Source: the human T2T-CHM13v2.0 reference genome, Homo sapiens | Reading direction: 5' to 3' (one strand) | NCBI RefSeq assembly: GCF_009914755.1 | Contig: NC_060948.1 | DNA: 64,000 nt | Shown here: one piece after another, positions 59,759-64,000 of the stretch | Position numbering within the stretch: the stretch's first letter is position 1 | How the letters are laid out: each line of letters begins with the position of its first letter | Made by a program: the position numbers and the translations under genes | The notes under the pieces: model-generated | The model's database searches: none | What the model saw: only the letters and a program-made list of their open reading frames with translations | What the model was told of the DNA's origin: nothing

Positions 59759-62700
59759 TGTGGGAATTAAGGGACAGGAGAGACCAATGGGTGGAACAGG
59801 AGGATTTTATTGGGCGTACGTTGACTTAGCGGAATAACATTTAAAGACTGAGCCCTGAACAAAGATAGGGCTTGACTTTCATACATGCAACTGAAGAGGG
59901 TTGGCAGCTAATGGCATGAAATCTGCAGGATGGGCAAGCAAGCTTATAGGAGTAGAATGAAGAGAGTTTTTAAAAAAAAGTGACAGGTGTTATAACTCAG
60001 GCATGTATCATGACTTTCAATAATATATGGATGGGAAAACAGAAACCTACAAAATTTTTGTCAACTTCCAGAAGTAGTTATAAAAGTATATGTGAGAGCA
60101 CATCAAAGAATAATGGTATTGGGTGAGAGTACTAGAGAGGGGAAACAGATAAGAACGTGTTATTTTCACTCCTGCTCCTGGAACCCATTCTTTACAGGCC
60201 CCATCTCTGCTGATAGTGCTATCAGAGCCCCAACAGGGCCTGGCTTATCCCTGGGTTTTTGGAGTGAGTCAGCTCAGTACACAGAATATGTTTTTTTTTT
60301 TTTAACATTCCCTGTTTCATTTCCACCTTTCATGCTTTTTGTAAATGAGGATTAATAGAGAGAATCACCTAGTAATTCTTCAAGGGGGAGCAGTTCCCTA
60401 TTTGGCAGGGGTTGATGTTTAGTTAGAGCCATTAGTTGAGTAGTCGTGTGTTTGTTTACAAGAGCCTCTATGGCTGCTTGAATGTTTTTAACAAGGAGGG
60501 TAAGAGACAAATTAGAACAAGGCAGAATCCTAGTATGGCTAGAACTATTTTTACTAAGATCTTAAATTCTTCAAAGGATGAAAATAAGCCCCCAAAGAGG
60601 GAAACTGGAGACTACCCTTTAAAAGGCTGGACTGTAACATGGGCCAATTTTTGGATTTTGGAAGTTGTATTCTTAATGATCTTTCTAGGCAGCATTTAGT
60701 TAGATTGAACTTTCCACATACCCTTCCTTCCTGGACTAGGAAGTAGTTTAAAGACAGTCTATTTCGATGAATAGCATTCTTCATTTTTGTGGCTTGTTGG
60801 GCCTGCAGATTTAGGGTCTTTGCAGTGTTATTAGTAATAATTTTCAGCACTGCCTGTAACCTTATGTTGTGGTAGAATATGTAAATAGGAGTGCAGTATC
60901 CCCAAATTCCATTTTCTGTCCAGGTGGCTGAGCCATGGTGTTGGAATTTTTAGGGGGTCATTAATTGTTTTACCAATTTCTTATGGTTATGTCTTTTGTT
61001 TGTTTGTTCTGTATTTGTTTTATAATAGACCGGATACCCTAAAGGTCCTCCCTGTCCTAAGGCGATTAGAAAGGAGACAGCCTAATTTTTTCCAGTACAC
61101 TGGCCCCTGACCATTTAGCCAGCAATGGGCAATATGCCCATGGCCCACAGATCCAGTAGAGCTCAGAGGGCACCTGACGGGTATTAGGAGCGTTAAGTTG
61201 GTACAAAGAATGCTTTAAAGAAGGGAATCAGGAGAATGGGCCTGGTTGGGGCAGTTTGGAATTATTTTTACCACAACATACAGTTTTTCCTACTGTTTTA
61301 TTGTAATATTATTGTTCTAGGCAAGTTGACTTTCCTACTGGGCCTATAAGGTTTTTCTCCAACAAGAAATGCATAATATTCTGATAATGGAGGTCTTTAA
61401 GAATCAGATGCTCTGGCTTGTGAACACAGGTTCAGGGGAAGAGACAGTAAGAGTGAAGTTATCTTGGGGCATTAGCTTTCTTGCCTCCCATGGCCATTGG
61501 TGTCCCATGTTGGTCCAACCACAAACATAGCATGAGGAGATATGTAGGCTGCTGGCTATGTTTTCAGCCAGTTGAATATACATCAACTGAATAGGCTTCC
61601 ATATACTTCAACTGAATAGGCTTCTGGCTAAGAGAGAGGGTTCAAACAGTTCCTGGTTGAAATTTTTACAGAATGATTTTAAAACAGAGTTTTCAGGTGT
61701 AACCATCCGAGATTTCTTGATAATATGTAAATAGGCTTTTGAGTCTGTTTTCTGGCCACTAACTTGTATTCCTAGAGGAGCCTTTAAACTTGTAGCCCAT
61801 ACAGCCAGATACGGTTTTAAGGTACTGAGATTTTCCAGGTAGCAAGTGCTTGCCTTACAGTTTGTTTTTGCTGTAAGTATGACTCACCCCAGTGATTGCA
61901 GGTTACAGGACTGAATTATGCAGTTCCAGCAAATTGTCTCTGAGAAACTGGCAAAGAAAGCAAGGGGTGAACATATATTTTTGTGGCAACTATTATAGTG
62001 CTCTTCAGAATTAGAGATTATGGGAAAGGTTGAGCCCATGGATGTTAACTGGCATATATTAAAGGATAAGGACATAACTCCCCAATGGGAGGATGAGACC
62101 TTGGTTTGGTGTAGCAGGTTTCCTTCTATTGACCCATGAATTTTAAAAGAGGTCTCAGGTAGGAATTTGGGGTTATAACACATATAAGTCTAGCCATTTC
62201 CTGGGTCACAGACTGAGTAGTTTCGTTGTGAGTACAAGTTTCTAGGTGGGTCCCTGTACACTTTTAATAAGTGTGATATAACAGGGTTTTGGTTATGGTG
62301 CTCCCTGACCATATTGTTAGTGCAGTGTGGGCACTCTTCTCTGGTCTCCTTTTCTGAAACAAATAAGGGGAGTATTATAGTTAGGAGGAAAAGAAGTGGG
62401 CTTAGCTTTCCTATTGCCTGGAATAGGAAATAAGTAAAGAGTAACATGTTTATACCAGGGAGGAAAAGAAGAAGTTTTTACACAGGGGAGGAGGTTGAGC
62501 AAAGTGAGAGAACAATAGTAAAACAATGATTGGATTTAAGATTTTTATCACTATTTTATTATATTTTACTCCAGCTTCAAACGTACGTACAGTAGTCAGC
62601 TTCCAGGATGACTACAGCAGGGCTGTTGACTCCTCAAGTTTTAGCTGAGAACAGACTAGTCAGCTTTCGGAATGACCAGAGTAGGGCTTCATCATTTCTC

Positions 62701-64000
62701 AGGGCAAATAGGTCATAGGATTAGCCAGCTCAGATGGTCTGGGTCATGTTTGCTGGTCCACTTGTCTTGGGCTGCAAGTTTTAGTTGACTGTGGTGGATC
62801 CAACGCACAATTTCTGCAATGTTAACAGCAGTGGAAGTGGACAAGGTTGCAGGATGGGGCCCATCCCATATGGGTTCTAGAGTGGTTGGATTTTATTTCT
62901 GACCTACACAGAGTCCCCAGGTCTAAAGTGGTGTGCTGTGTTTGTTGGGCTTATGGACAATCTTTCCCATACCCAGCCATGGACCTCTTGCATGGCTCTC
63001 TTTAACGCCTGCCTTTGCCTTCTTAAAGTTAATTCCCTAGTTTGCAAAGTTCACCCCTAATTTGAGCTATGATTGGGGATGGCCAGTGGAAAATAGTCCC
63101 TGAACTGTCTCGGTCACAAATTTCAGTCCATTTTCTGACCCTAGAGTTAGAGGCATTCTCAATCTGGGGATATCGTCTCTTAACAGTACTTCTGTTACTT
63201 CTCATGATTTCTCTGTTAGGGTGGGGAAAGCCTCAACTCATCCTGAAAAGGTACAGAAAATCACCAGTATGTACTTACAGCCCACTGATTGGGGCATCTC
63301 AGTGAAGTTTCTAAGAAGGTTTTCACAGGGTGTGGCTCCCATTTCCTGAATTCCCAGGGGCCAAGTGGGCCCTTGTCATGGAATGTTCTGGGCACAAGTT
63401 AGACATTGTTTGCAGACAGATCAAGTGATGACAGTGAGCTGTGGCACATAGAAATGGTGTCCTAGCAGTGTTTTCAGTGACATTTTTCCCATGTGGGTTC
63501 CTTGATGGAATTGTTTTACAAATTTTGGGGCCAGCATTTCGTGGTTGGCTAGCCTCCTATTGGAGAATTTTCACCGTCCCTTTTTATATATTTTCCAGAC
63601 CCTTGGGAAAAGCAGAGCTTCTCATTTGGAGGTAACTTGAAACCTCTGAGAGGTGCATATTTGGGAGGAGAGTCAGCTATGGCTGTCTGTCTGTCTATGG
63701 GTAGTCATTGCTGCCCCTTTTGCATACCTGTCTACCTTTTTGTTCCTTTTGGCCTCCAGTGATCCTGGCTTTTGGTGCCCCTTGCAGTGCATAGCAGCTG
63801 TCTTCTTTGGAGTCCATACAGCATCTAAGAGTTGCAGAATTTTTTCTTTGTACTTTTTTTTCTTTTTGGCCCACCACAGTTAAGAATCCTTTTTCTTTAT
63901 ATATAGCCCCATTATCAGGCAGCGTGGCAAAAGTATACTTGGAATCAGTATAAACATTGGCCATTTTACGTTTTGTCAGCAGAACGCTCTCATTAGGGCT
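59759..64000 (-). mobile_element. ERV3/HERV-R-like class I provirus: 3' LTR 59759-60319, decayed env, integrase and RNase H; continues past the window
   Basis: TM remnant [30 protein letters not shown]; [42 protein letters not shown]; RNase H NVYTDSKYTF; purine tract next to the LTR. Confidence 0.88.

Overview
Human (primate) Y-chromosome ampliconic DNA, most likely a 'blue' AZFb/AZFc amplicon; identifications come from hand translation and recalled protein/repeat sequences, not database searches. The window holds the terminal coding exon of PRY (+), then a mosaic of decayed gene fragments: a processed ELOC pseudogene, ~1.3 kb of degenerate (TTAGGG)n, a chromodomain-less CDY pseudogene, four USP9Y pseudo-exons, an HSFY pseudogene and a GPM6B last exon/3'UTR with a probable OFD1 3' remnant. 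The rest is mostly repeats: many Alus, a dead full-length L1PA, a deleted HERV-K9 (HML-3) provirus with both MER9 LTRs, an ERV3-like provirus running off the right edge, solo LTRs and DNA transposons. I see no convincing new biological system. The most unusual signals are a young AluYa flanked by an exact 116-bp duplication inside the HSFY pseudogene, a ~141-bp high-identity inverted repeat in a USP9Y pseudo-intron, a hidden ~26-codon tandem repeat continuing past the PRY stop in the +1 frame, and an exon-like minus-strand segment with a 24-bp hairpin.
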